Source: Geosiphon pyriformis uo1
Taxonomy: Eukaryota > Fungi > Glomeromycota
DNA: 64,000 nt
Assembly: GCA_016748015.1 (NCBI GenBank)
Contig: JAAOMT010000128.1
Coordinates: 1,867,538 to 1,931,537, forward strand
Direction of reading: 5' to 3'
Position 1 is the first letter of the stretch; each line of letters starts with the position of its first letter. The translations under genes and the position numbers were made by a program. The notes beneath the pieces were generated by a model, which did no database searches, was not told where the DNA came from, and saw nothing but the letters and a program-made list of their open reading frames with translations. Shown here piece after piece: positions 13,601 through 25,000 of the stretch.

Positions 13601-14707
13601 ATGCCACCAATGACTGTATTTGGCTTTCTTGCCTGGCTTTCTGTCAAAGGTTCTTCTGAGCATGTCATAATAAGGCCAGCAGATCAGCTTGTCATTGACA
13701 ATAATTCCTTTTTTATCTGCCTTAACATTATCCAGTGATTTGTCATTGCTAGTGAAGATGGTATAGGCAAGTTTAGCAGATTCTTCTTGTTCTTTTTGTT
13801 CTTCTTCTTTCTCACTTTCTTCATTATCTGATTCATTTGATTCATTTTCTTCTGGGCTCTGCTTGGGTACTGGGGGAGTTGTCCAATGGCGACACTTAAC
13901 CACAATGGGTTTCTTACCACATCTGATAGTTAGTTCACAGAGTTCATAATCAAGCAAAGTCTTTGCTTTCTTGAGCCATTTATTGCCAACAATGATGGTG
14001 TATTCTTTTGCTTCAGACACTTCCATATCAGTTTCAATACTGATGTCATTGATGCGAACAGGAATAGCTTTGGCTATGCCAAGCCCTTTTTTCTTATCAT
14101 CATGTACATTGGTCATTGGTCGTGTGGATGATTCATCAATTTTTCTGCCAATTGCTTCAAGAAAGTGTTTGGCAATAACACTAACAGATAATCCACTGTC
14201 TAGGATCAAATCAATGAAGTAGCCAGCCACTTGGGCTTTACAAATTAGAGGAGTGACATTGCTATTGTCAGCAAGTCCAGCTTGGCGAGAGTGTTTGTTG
14301 GTTTTGGGTGTCTTTTTCTTTGGAATCAGGGATTTGCGAAAATCTTTTCTGAATTGTGGATGGGTTATTAATTGGCCAAAAGTTATATGTGCTGGGGTTT
14401 CCATAAGGTCTTTGACAACAGAATAGGGACCAGATTTTTGTACTATTTCTGGGGGTTCCAACTTTGGAAGGTTCTTGAAAACTTTGGCTTTTGGGGGTTC
14501 ATTGTTGTCAGCAGTTGATGTGGAAGCTTTATTGGGGTCCAGAATGAAATCAACTTTGACTTTCTTCTTCTTTCTTGTGAATTCAGAGGGGTTGATTGCT
14601 AATTCATCCATGTCATGGTCATTATCAGTTAAGTTAAAAGCGTAAAAAGAGTTTTCTTCTGGTTGGCTTGCACTCTTACCCTTTGGAAGTGTGCCTACCA
14701 GTTTAAA
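10641..14707 (-). pseudogene. Gypsy-2 pol (PR-RT-RH-IN), disrupted
   Basis: LILDSGLSVSVI (PR); YPLPKID, MPFGLTNAP, YLDD and DASGYGLGAIL in ORF 12014-13315; HTDPLARHFG...CDTC zinc finger; VERFNRTL; WKGPF. Confidence 0.93.
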
Positions 14708-16247
14708 GGCTGATAAACAGTGGCTTTAACTAGGGGATCCTCTCCAAAGAAATTAATGTTGGCATGATTGGGTCTTTGGTTGGGCATATTGTTGTTGTTG
14801 ATCCTGTTGTTTTGAGCATCATTGTTTCTGAGAACTGGTGAAGACAGTGGAGGATTGTTGCAATCTCTTGAAAAGTGTTCAGTTAATTCACAGCGATAGC
14901 ATACAGGTGGGCTATGATTTTGTTGTCTTTGATAAGGTGGTTGCTGGGGCTGATTAAAATATGGTTCAAATCTGGGTCTTTGTGGTTGCTGATTTTCTCT
15001 GACTGCTTGGGCTAAGGGTTCTAATAACTGGGCAAGATTTGCTGTGAGTCTGTCTATTAACTGTTCATTTGGATCTTGAGTATGAGTGACAAAAGAAGTA
15101 GCAGCCATTTGAGAGGCAAGAGCCATGACAAGAACAGAAGCAAAAACTGGTAATGTGGATCCCAAGTGCATTCTTTGGTTATCTTCAATTCTTTGTGCTA
15201 ATTCAATGGCCATATCCATGGTGGGATTATTTTTCAGGGCCAGGAGGGGCCAAAGAGCATACGATAGATCAGTTCTCAATTCTTTTATAAAGGAGTGAAT
15301 TTTCTGCTCTTCTGTCCAATTTCTTCCAGTGTCTACTTGTTTGATTAACTTTCTAATTGCTTTGGTGTATTTAGTTACAACTTCACTGGGACCTTGGGTT
15401 CTTCTTTCCAATTCTATATGCCATTTTGATATTAATATTGGGGTTCTGAACTTGTTTTCAAATCAGGTAGTGAAAGAAGTGTTGATTTCTCCCACATTTG
15501 CTGGTGTCCATCTAACGATTCTTTGCTGGGTATTGGCATCTGTTTCTTGTGAGAACCAGATAGCAGGGGATCCTTAAAGGTAGCCACCGACAATTTGGAA
15601 CTTGTACTTATTGTCATATTGATTGGCTGTAGCAGCTCTTTCAAAGTCATCCAACCATTTAATTGGATCTTGTGCATTACCTCTAAATAATGGTATTGGG
15701 GTGTTGTTTCTTCGCCCTAGAGCAGTTTGTATACCTTGGAGGGCGGCCAGAATGTTTGCTTGCATGGGGTCATTAGCCATTGGTTCAGGGGTAACTGTTT
15801 GTGTAGATGAGTCTGATTCGCTTGATAAAAGATCAAAAACAGGGGCAGTTTGGTAGCTTTCTTCTTCTGTTTCAAAGGGAGTTTCAGTTGCTTGATGGGC
15901 AGCAATCCAAATGTGGATTTGATGATTCAGATATTCGAAATCAGGGGGCTGTTGTTCAAAGGTTGCAGAATATAAGAGCTGATTGATACTGTTGTTTTTT
16001 CTTCAAAGTCGTTTTCAAAATAAGCTTGGTCAAAGTAATAGGTTGTATAAGCTGTGTAGGTTTCAGCTGAATGCTCGTTCAGGAACCAGTTCCAAAAGTC
16101 TTGGAATTGTCTACTGGATTGTTCTTCAAGGGGAAAGCAGATCAAGCAGGAGGGCAGAGGATTAAGTTCAATAAAACTTTGGTCATTTCTGTTGTGTGCT
16201 GCAAAGTGTTCTTCTGATTGCTGTGGCAGATATGAGTAATCACCCAT
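14695..16247 (-). pseudogene. Gypsy-2 gag, disrupted
   Basis: Capsid-like PLFRGNAQDPIKWLDDFERAA and RTQGPSEVVTKY; zinc knuckle CYRCELTEHFSRDC. Confidence 0.88.
14701..14707 (-). promoter_or_regulatory. Putative -1 ribosomal frameshift slippery site U UUA AAC (gag to pol)
   Basis: gag ends CCT TTA AAC TGG TAG. The -1 frame is open into ORF 13490-14611, and a GC-richer potential stem follows. Confidence 0.75.
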
Positions 16248-16275
16248 ACAATGAGGGAATAAGTGAATTTTGACA

Positions 16276-16293
16276 ACCTTACAGGGAGCACTA
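16276..16293 (-). promoter_or_regulatory. Gypsy-2 primer-binding site (T[A/G]GTGCTCCCTGTAAGGT), likely elongator tRNA-Met
   Basis: 18-mer 6 nt inside the 5' LTR boundary, nearly identical to the Gypsy-3 PBS. Its complement has tRNA 3'-end geometry AC-CTTAC-AGGGAGC-A-C[C]A. Confidence 0.75.
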
Positions 16294-16299
16294 CTTTTA

Positions 16300-16953
16300 T
16301 GTTATGGATTGGAGTAACAAGCTAATGGATAGCAAGGGAGAACAGTATTGTATGGTGATGGAAATAAACAAAGAAAGAATTACAATAAGGGAGCGAATTG
16401 AATAAGTAGAAATTCAATGTGTGTGATCAGTCTCATAAAAATCACAGTCGCTAATTTTTTCTTAAATCTGAAGGTAGAGGAATAGTCTGTGATTGTCAAC
16501 AAGATAACACCACTGCTATTATTCTATGCCTCAACTTGGCAATTCTTAGAATTAATAACAGGTATCATTGTACTTTTCAATTGTTTCTTTATTCAATGAA
16601 TTACAAAAGCAAGCCAATTGCTTCTCAGACTAATTCTAACAAATACAAATCAAGAAGAGGAAAAAATAAGATATTTAAATGCCAACAAGTAGATACTTAA
16701 AGGTAAGGAAAGGGGAATAAGCAATTATGAGAGGAAGTAATTAATATTGTTTATTTCGTTACTTTGATCATGTCTTTTTACAGCTAAGGAAATCATTACT
16801 TATATAGCTATCTAAAGTGGTCAATGACCAGGTCAACGATCAGGTCAATGATCAGGTCAACGATCACTATCTAAAAATAGGGTGGCTAATTATATGACAT
16901 CAGTGGCTAATACATGTGATAATTAATAAAAACTATGTGTTTCAACCGTAACA
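16300..16953 (-). repeat. Gypsy-2 5' LTR (654 bp)
   Basis: TGTTAT...GTAACA. Has four copies of a 12-bp GGTCAAYGAYCA unit versus one copy in the other LTR. Confidence 0.95.
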
Positions 16954-17455
16954 ATATTGTTAATTAAAAGCTTTATAATAAAAAAATAGATAGCTAATAC
17001 AGTGTATTTATTGAGCATTAGATCTAATAGTGGTTTGTTAGTTATTAATTTAATCTAAAGTTTTATTAAAGACTATAAATCTGTTATGTAATTGTTAATC
17101 ATTAAACTAAGGACACATTATAAAAAATATGGTCTCTTGTCATATAATAAATCTGTGGTTTTAATTATTTATAATTTATTATCCTTGTGATCTTTTAAAA
17201 TAATTTACAATTTTGGTATTAGATTGAATATATATGTTTGTTTTAAATTATATCTTTGTTTGACCAGTATGTATTTTAGTTTTTTGTATAACTTTTTTAT
17301 AGTAAATAGATTAGATATATAATACTGTCTTAATTGGTCCAAATAGCTGATTATGTATAGAAAAAACATAAGCCATATTTATTATAAGATCTTATATGAT
17401 TATATGTTTTAGGTAATAGTTAAGCTGTATTTGTAAAATAATAATAATAATAAAA
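16954..17455 (+). mobile_element. Eroded LINE 'A', 3' end (right part)
   Basis: Continues the ORF2 C-terminus. The 3' UTR at ~17320-17440 is homologous to 51281-51400 and ends in a (TAA)n/A tail. Confidence 0.8.
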
Positions 17456-17511
17456 ATTTAATTATTATTTAATAAAATTATTTTTAATTTTAAATTAAAT
17501 ACAGTAAACAT

Positions 17512-18430
17512 ATTTTTTTTATTTTTTTATTAATGCAATTAATAAGTGAAGCCCAACTATTATTTAGTATACAGAATTAGACTAAGTGACCCAAATTAAA
17601 CATGACTCACATATTTATTACATGTGGCCAGCCACTTAAGTCAGACAAGACAATACTATATTTTTATATTAATTTACACAATACCACTTAGACCAGAAAA
17701 GAAACTACATGGCTTATAACAACCAAAGCTAACAGTAAAAAACTTAATTATGCTAAGCAATCTAACTATACTATCAGACAACAATAAAAACACACTATAA
17801 GATAGCCTGAAAATTACATCATTATCATGAATCAGACCAATCCACTTCATATCTATCCTATGACCAGACCTTACCAATTATATTTTCACACAATGTAATT
17901 TTACAACAAACTTTACAAAATCAACAACCTAAGCATCTGTCTTTTTCTTATCATTGAAAGCACCATAAGTCTTTTCACACTACTTTTTTAACACAAACCC
18001 CTTATATATTACAGCATATAATTCAACATCCAAGAAACATTAAAACAGGATCTGCAAAATGACAAATATAAGCAAAATAGAACAATCAGTTAAAACAAAC
18101 TAATGCACAGAAGCTTTGACCAAGATTTTATCATAAATACCAATATCATGAGCACAAATAAAAGCATAATCAGAAAATTTTATCTTGCTATACAACAAAC
18201 ACAATACACCAGAGTAACAATTGTCATATATCTTCTCCCTAACCACCACCAGCAACTGCCTGTACACAGTTTTTATTAAGTATATGTGCAGGTTAGAAGA
18301 CTTTCAACTAGTAAACTCAGTGAACATATAAAAATTAGAATGTCATACCTTTATTATAGCAGTTCAGTTTATATACTTAATTAGTATATATAGAATCATA
18401 TTACAACCAGAACCAGCTTCCCAACAAACA
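17512..18430 (-). mobile_element. 5'-truncated LINE 'B' fragment
   Basis: Poly(T) on the plus strand, conserved LINE 3' UTR, ORF 17674-17877 matching the ORF2 C-terminus, and a degenerate C-terminal zinc-finger region. Confidence 0.85.
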
Positions 18431-18714
18431 ATATATTTTTATATATAATTAAATATAAATTAAAAAAAACTTATTTTAAAAAAAAATTTTGTATATAAAA
18501 ACAATTAAAATACAAATATTTTTAATTATTTTATTTATTTATTTAATAATATTATTTGTATTAAAACTTTTAAATAATTATTATATTAATAAAAGTTTTT
18601 TTATTAATTTTAAATTTTAAAATACATTAATTTTTTTATATAATTTATATAATTTATTTCTAAAAATTTTTTTTAGTTTTAATATAATAATTTTTTAATT
18701 TAAAATATATAAAT

Positions 18715-19010
18715 ATTTTATTATATTTAATAAGTAAAGTTTAAATACAATCTAATAAAATACATTAACAAAGTAATTTAAATTAGACATAGATTATGTT
18801 TTTTATAAATAATTAATTATTTAAATTAATTAAGACAATATTATATATTTATATAAACAAAAACTAAATTTTCTATATCTAAAAAAACACAATTTATATA
18901 TATTAAAACTAATATCAAACACTTTAGAAATTTTCAATAATTTAATAATTCTATTAAACAATATAATTATAAGACTATTAATAAATAAGAACATAATATA
19001 TAAATTAAAA
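18715..19010 (-). mobile_element. Extremely eroded LINE 3' end ghost
   Basis: AATTAGACATAGATTATG...AATTAAGACAATATTATA (~18781-18846) matches the layout of the LINE 3' UTR at ~17594-17660, with nearly all G/C lost. Confidence 0.5.
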
Positions 19011-19031
19011 AATATATTAAATAATTTAATA

Positions 19032-22000
19032 TTTTTTTTTTATTAGAAGTTTTTATGAGTGCAGCCCAACTACTACCTAAATACATAGATCATCATAATC
19101 TAAATTAAGCATGGCTCGCGTCTTTTCTACATATAACCAGCCACTCAGGCCAATCAAGGCAGCACTATATACCTAAATTTCTCACCACAAGAACATTACA
19201 CAGAAAACCAAAATCTGATCTAGTTAGACATAGATGCAACCCAAAACACACATGGATACTTAGCCTGAAACCAAAATTCCAGATTGTTTCAATAGACCAT
19301 AAAGAAAACAAACCAGACATTAAAAGAATAGATAATCTATTATGTAACAGGAGATTATATTTTTTATAGTATGCTCTCAACTTAGCCACCAGCAGCCAAA
19401 CAGCAGATCTGTGACTCTCAGCAAAATGACAAACAAAATTGACAACCAATACACCTCCATCAGAATCAGCATTCAGACAGCCCAATGTGTTAACTATCCA
19501 ACTCTTTAGCACAAAACTCTTAGCCAATACTGTAAACAAGTCTATAGAAGAAGCAGCCTCATTTAGCAATTTAGCAACTACATTCTCATTGGCAGAAGCA
19601 CCTAACAACACATTCCACTCCAAAGTAGCATTAGACAATAAGGTATCCCTAACATTGACATTATGACTGCAAGAGAACACATGATCAGAGTCTTCCATTA
19701 AACCACACTGGATGCAGACAACACTTGAATAATTTAGATTATATATCTTTTTCCTCTCAGCCACAGACAAGCAATAATAGAGCATCTTCATAAAGTATAA
19801 CTGAAGTGTTGCTGATGCAGTACTAGTATAACCAAATCTGATTTTGCCATTAAGATGCCAAACACAAAAGATCCTGGCCTTATCAAAACAGTCACTGAAA
19901 CCCACATTAATGACACTACCAATACATCTGGCCTTCCAACCAACAGAGTAAACAGTATTGAATAATTTTTTGACAACATAATAAGCATTTCCAGAAACAA
20001 GTCTGCCTTCAACAATGAAAAAGCAATAAGATACCACTATAGGCAAGAAAAACTTAGAGCTAACAGCTGTATTAGCATAGAAATTAGCATATTTGTTTTC
20101 AACAACACCAAAATAGCCTTTGACCTTATTCTACATAACTGACAAATCTTTTTTTGCAATAATACAGCAGATATGTTCTTTTTTGATCCAGCATTTGTCA
20201 CAAAAGTTAGGACCAGCCATACCACTGGCAGATTTACATAAGTCTAACAAAGCTTGGCTGTCCATATACAAATTAACTAATCGAAAAGTGAACACACACT
20301 CCAAAACAAGCACAATAGCCTGCATTTCTATTAAGGTTGATGACAGCAACCCATCTACTTTAACTCCAATACTAGTGTCTACATCTGAAAAATAGGCAGC
20401 AGCACTACTACAAACATATAATAAACCCAAATTTTTGATGGAACCATCTGTGTAGACAATTATAGAGCCCAACCCAAAATTCAGCAAATACTTACCAACA
20501 TAACCAAAATTACAAGGAGAGCCAGTGAGAATTGAATAAAAAAACAACAACACACTATTTGACAAGCTACCATCGATAATAAACTTAACCAAAGAAGCAA
20601 ACCAGACAGGAACTGGGTCTCTAGAGTCTAGCTTCTTCTACCTGTGAAAAGTGTTTCATGTAAAACACTTGTTGTGATAGTCCAGAAGCTGGTTTGCAAA
20701 TACCACACCATATCTTTTAAGAAACTTCACTATGCCCAAATAAGACTTAAAACCGAGTACATCCAAAACTGCAATACTATTCCTGGCCTGAAAAACATCA
20801 GGCAGATCACCACCCAATAATAGATTGCATAGTTTGAAAACATGTATTGTGCCAACCAAAAAGCAATTCATGGGATTGACCAGCAGCTTAATCAGAAATT
20901 TGAGAGAGTGCTGGGGCATTTAATTAGTAGTCTGCAACCTCATGACTCTGTGTTTGAATAATTCACTAAAGATTTTATTAGCATTAACAAATTTAACCAG
21001 GCCAGCCAGCAGATTCTCAGCCAGTACTTGCTCAAAAGTTCTTAAACCATATAGCTCTGAGTGATACAAAGCTTCATTTGGAAAATCCTTAAGCAGATTG
21101 GACTTGAGCTTCAAACTCTTTTTTATTATTTTGTCCCACTTTTCACATACACCCTTGGAAACACAGCTGAACTGCAATCTATATCTAATTATGGACTGCA
21201 GAACAGCAGAAACCAAATATAGAAACTGCTTTTTAGTGATGGCTTTTCTTAAAACCATGTTTGAAAAAAACTTGACATCTGAATGAGCCTTGGCCAACCT
21301 CGACTTAAACAGGCCATCCATAGAAAGAAAAATCCTTAAGTATCAGTAAAACTCACCCTTTTTGGCAATAGAGATTTTAAAACCACTAATAGACAATGAA
21401 ACTTCTTTGGTCTTTTGATTAATAGGAATAGCAACCATTTTGTCTGTGTTAATAGCAATGTTATTGATTAAAAAAAACTCACTCACAATATCCAAAATGC
21501 ACTGTGTAGCCACCAGACAGTTCCCAATCCAAATAGTATTATTCACAAAGGCACCAGCTGTAAAAAAGAAAGTTTTGCCACCCTTAGAGTTAGCTCTACT
21601 GGTCTTGGTAAAAATTTTTGAATTCAACTTATATTCACACAATTGCTCATGCTTTTTGACTTCACAAAGCAGAGGATCATAGAAAATTTTTTACAACAAT
21701 AGTGAGAAAACTTCCCTTTGATCTAACCCATCATGAACAGTATATCCATCAGTGAGTCCAAAGTCTGTCATCACTCAGTTGGTCCAATCATTGTGTATGT
21801 TTCCAAAAAATTTAATAAAATGGGGACACATCTTGATCCTAACTAAACTGTTCCACAAATGGGGTCATTCAACTGAGTCATAAGCCTTTTACATATCTTG
21901 AAGTACCAGCCACAGCTTCCTATTCTTTTCAAGTACATCTTCAATGATAGAGCCAATGGTAAAAATCAGAGTATGAATAGATATACTCTTTAATACTGAG

Positions 22001-25000
22001 AAATTATCACCATAAAGAACATTAAATTTACTGCAAGCCAGAAATATCCTGTCAGAAAAAATCTTAGACAGTATCTTTCTGGCTGTTTTAACTAAAACTA
22101 TAGATCTGGTATTGGTAAGTGTTCCCTTTTAGTCATATGGCTTCAGTATCATAGAGATCCAGGCTTGTTTCTACTGTAGAGAAACTGCATCTAACTGCAA
22201 ACACACATTAAGAATGTCCAACAAACCACTTAGAATCTGAGCATCTTCATGCTTCCATAGCTCATTAAGAATACCAAACAAGCCAGCAGCTTTCCTATTA
22301 GGCAGTTCTTTGACCACCAGAAGAAACTCATTTGATCCAATCACATCCATGACATTTGAAAATACATTATTACTAACATAGTCCAAGGAAGCATATTGAT
22401 TAGACCAACAAACAGACAAAGAGATGGAAGCAACCCATTTTTTTGTCCATCCTTTCATGATACCATCAACAGCAGATTTAACTTCCTTGGGTTCCAAAAT
22501 TAACATCTTATTCACCACTAGATGATCTAGTACTATTTTCTTAAAAGGCTGGTCCAAAACACTTTTGATCATGTGATTTTTATTGGAGCTAAAGATTTCC
22601 ATGCACCTGTCTATTGCTTTTCTGATTGAACTGTCTCTGGTCACTTTAGATTTATAGTATTTGAACTTTCAGTACAATTTTTTGACTCCTAATAGGTGTA
22701 GAAAAATGCTCTTCTTATTCTTATTATTATTAAACATTGTGCATGCTTTGGACACCCTCTTACTATCAAGAGTAGATCACATCTTAAAGAGATAAACAGC
22801 TTTTGACTCCTAATTTAAGCTTAAACACTTTACCAACTTGGCCACTAACAATTCCAATTTAAAGAACTTTGAAGACTGCTTATTTTTCAGACAATCCAAC
22901 TCACTAAACCAGTGTTTAGAAAACACACTATCAGCTGAGCTTGTAACCACTTCCCTAAGGATGTCCCACATAGCATCCAAATTTTTAGTAACCTTTGCTT
23001 CATTAAACACATCTATATATTTCAAGAACTTGACCAATGAATGTTCTCTAAATTGTACCCACTTATTAGCATCTGCATCTTTGATCTTGAATTTCTACTT
23101 ATCCTTATTGGCCTGTTTATGCTTACTATTAAGCTGAGCATCTAAGAAACCATCCAAACCAACTGAGAACAAAACAGCATTATGATTAGTGTTGAAAAAA
23201 TCAGATACAAGAGTAACTTCATGACCAGCCAATACAAATGACAAACTTTTGCTCACAAAAATGTAGTCAATAACCTTTACAGCACTCTGAAAATTGCTCT
23301 AAGTAGAAGCTTTGATTAGAGAGTGTCCACTAAAGGAGTTGACCAACTCCAAATCTGAGCAGAACTTAAAACTAGCACTCTTTTTATATTTATCCTTATT
23401 GAAATCACCACCCAGAACTACAAACATGGAGGAGTTAGCAGTTTTAGCAATAAAAGCATTGATTTTGCAAGCTTGGCCAAACCTGGTTTCAGTAGAAACA
23501 TCTGCGTATAGGCCCAAAAACAATATTGACAACTTGCCCTTAAACAAAAGCTGAACAGAAACAAGACGACCAAGAATCTCCTCAATCTTAGACACATGAC
23601 ATACAAGAGAATTGTTCATAATAATTGCCATCCCAGTACCAAGAAATTTTTTGTCCAAACCAGAAGAAAATATCTTCACCCCATCAAACTTATTCATAAT
23701 CTAAGGCTTAGTATTGGATCTCAACTTTGTTTTTGTAACAATAGACACCATACTTCCAGAATCAATATGCCAATAAACAACATTTTCTTGCTTGACAGAG
23801 ATATTAATACCATGAACATTGCATGTTGTAATTTTCCAAACCAGATCTGTTATTGAGAATGATGAACAGCAGGAACTAAATCAGCATTGTCTATTTTGGT
23901 CGAAAGGCCCATAATTGTGATTGAAAGATTGTTCAGAGTTTTTTCCATTTTAGAGATAACTGAAGAATTAACAACCACCACTCCTACAATAGCCTTACCA
24001 TTAGTGACTACACTTAAACCTTCACTTATCACTATATCCGCCCCTTGATTCTGTAATGAAGGAGTCACCAATGGCTGATATCCAGAATTAAGCTGAAAAA
24101 CCATTGGTCCAGGTGAGTCCAACCTCTTAGCCAACTTGTCTATATGTTCCATGAGACTGGCAAGACTATGCTTAAGAGTAACAAACCTATTATTCAATTT
24201 CATAGACACCACCAGAGTAGGTTTTATCTCTGAAAAGGAACCAGAAGCAGCTAAGCCATTGTACACAGGGAGAGAAGGAAATGAAGACCCACCAACAATA
24301 TTGGTCCATAAGACATTATCAAAAAAAACAAGATGGGAGATTAGAGCAGAGCATCTAGCATAAATAGAAACCAGTCTGCTTTTATTATCATCTGACAATA
24401 ATCTGTGAGTTGTGCCACCAGGAGAAACATTTCCACCCACAAAACAACTCAGTGATGTATGATCTAAATTCCCATACTTATTACACTTAGCAGAATTCAG
24501 ATAAGACCAACACAAATTGGTATCCTTTAAGACAGATGTAGTTCTCATAACAGCATTAATTAAAGCAGTAGAGTCAAAACAAACAACAGCACATCTGGCC
24601 TAGGCATATATAACAGGATGTCAATTGATAACACATGTTTTCTCACCCACAGAGCCAATAAAGTCCCAGATATCATGAACATTGGTGCCTATTGGCAGTA
24701 TATAGAGCAAAGCTCTATGCTAATCCCTTATATCTCATGATTTTTTGTCTACATTAGCTTTGGCCACTCTAACAGCATCTTTCTTAATTAAGATCAACCA
24801 TCTATTTATGACCAAATCAGCCTGATTCAATTGGGCAAATTCAACCACAGCCTTTTGCCATAGCTCTACCAATTGCATCTTGATCAACACAACAGAACCA
24901 AATTCAGAAAGTGCAGCACACACAGTCTTATCTGATGTTTCAACTGGAATTTCCTTTACTATTACAGCCCAATCTGAGCAACTAGTTGATTTCTTAAGAT

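Larger units (their letters stand above)
9353..16953 (-). mobile_element. Complete Ty3/Gypsy LTR retrotransposon 'Gypsy-2' (no dUTPase), degenerate
   Basis: Two LTRs, 4-bp TSD ATAT (9349-9352 and 16954-16957), PBS, PPT (minus TTTGGAGAGGATGA next to 9967), and gag-PR-RT-RH-IN-ORF3 order. Confidence 0.97.

Noticed and set aside
16427-16475. Intron-containing tRNA-Met gene in the LTR (the insert falls at the canonical 37/38 position)
   Set aside because: No acceptor stem, D arm or T arm flanks it, and the other families show different interruptions. It is better explained as a tRNA-pairing site, though capture of a pre-tRNA fragment is not excluded.
19100-19160. Hammerhead ribozyme in the LINE 3' UTR (CTGAGTG...GAAA)
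   Set aside because: The core does not match CUGANGA, and GAAA is not conserved among copies.
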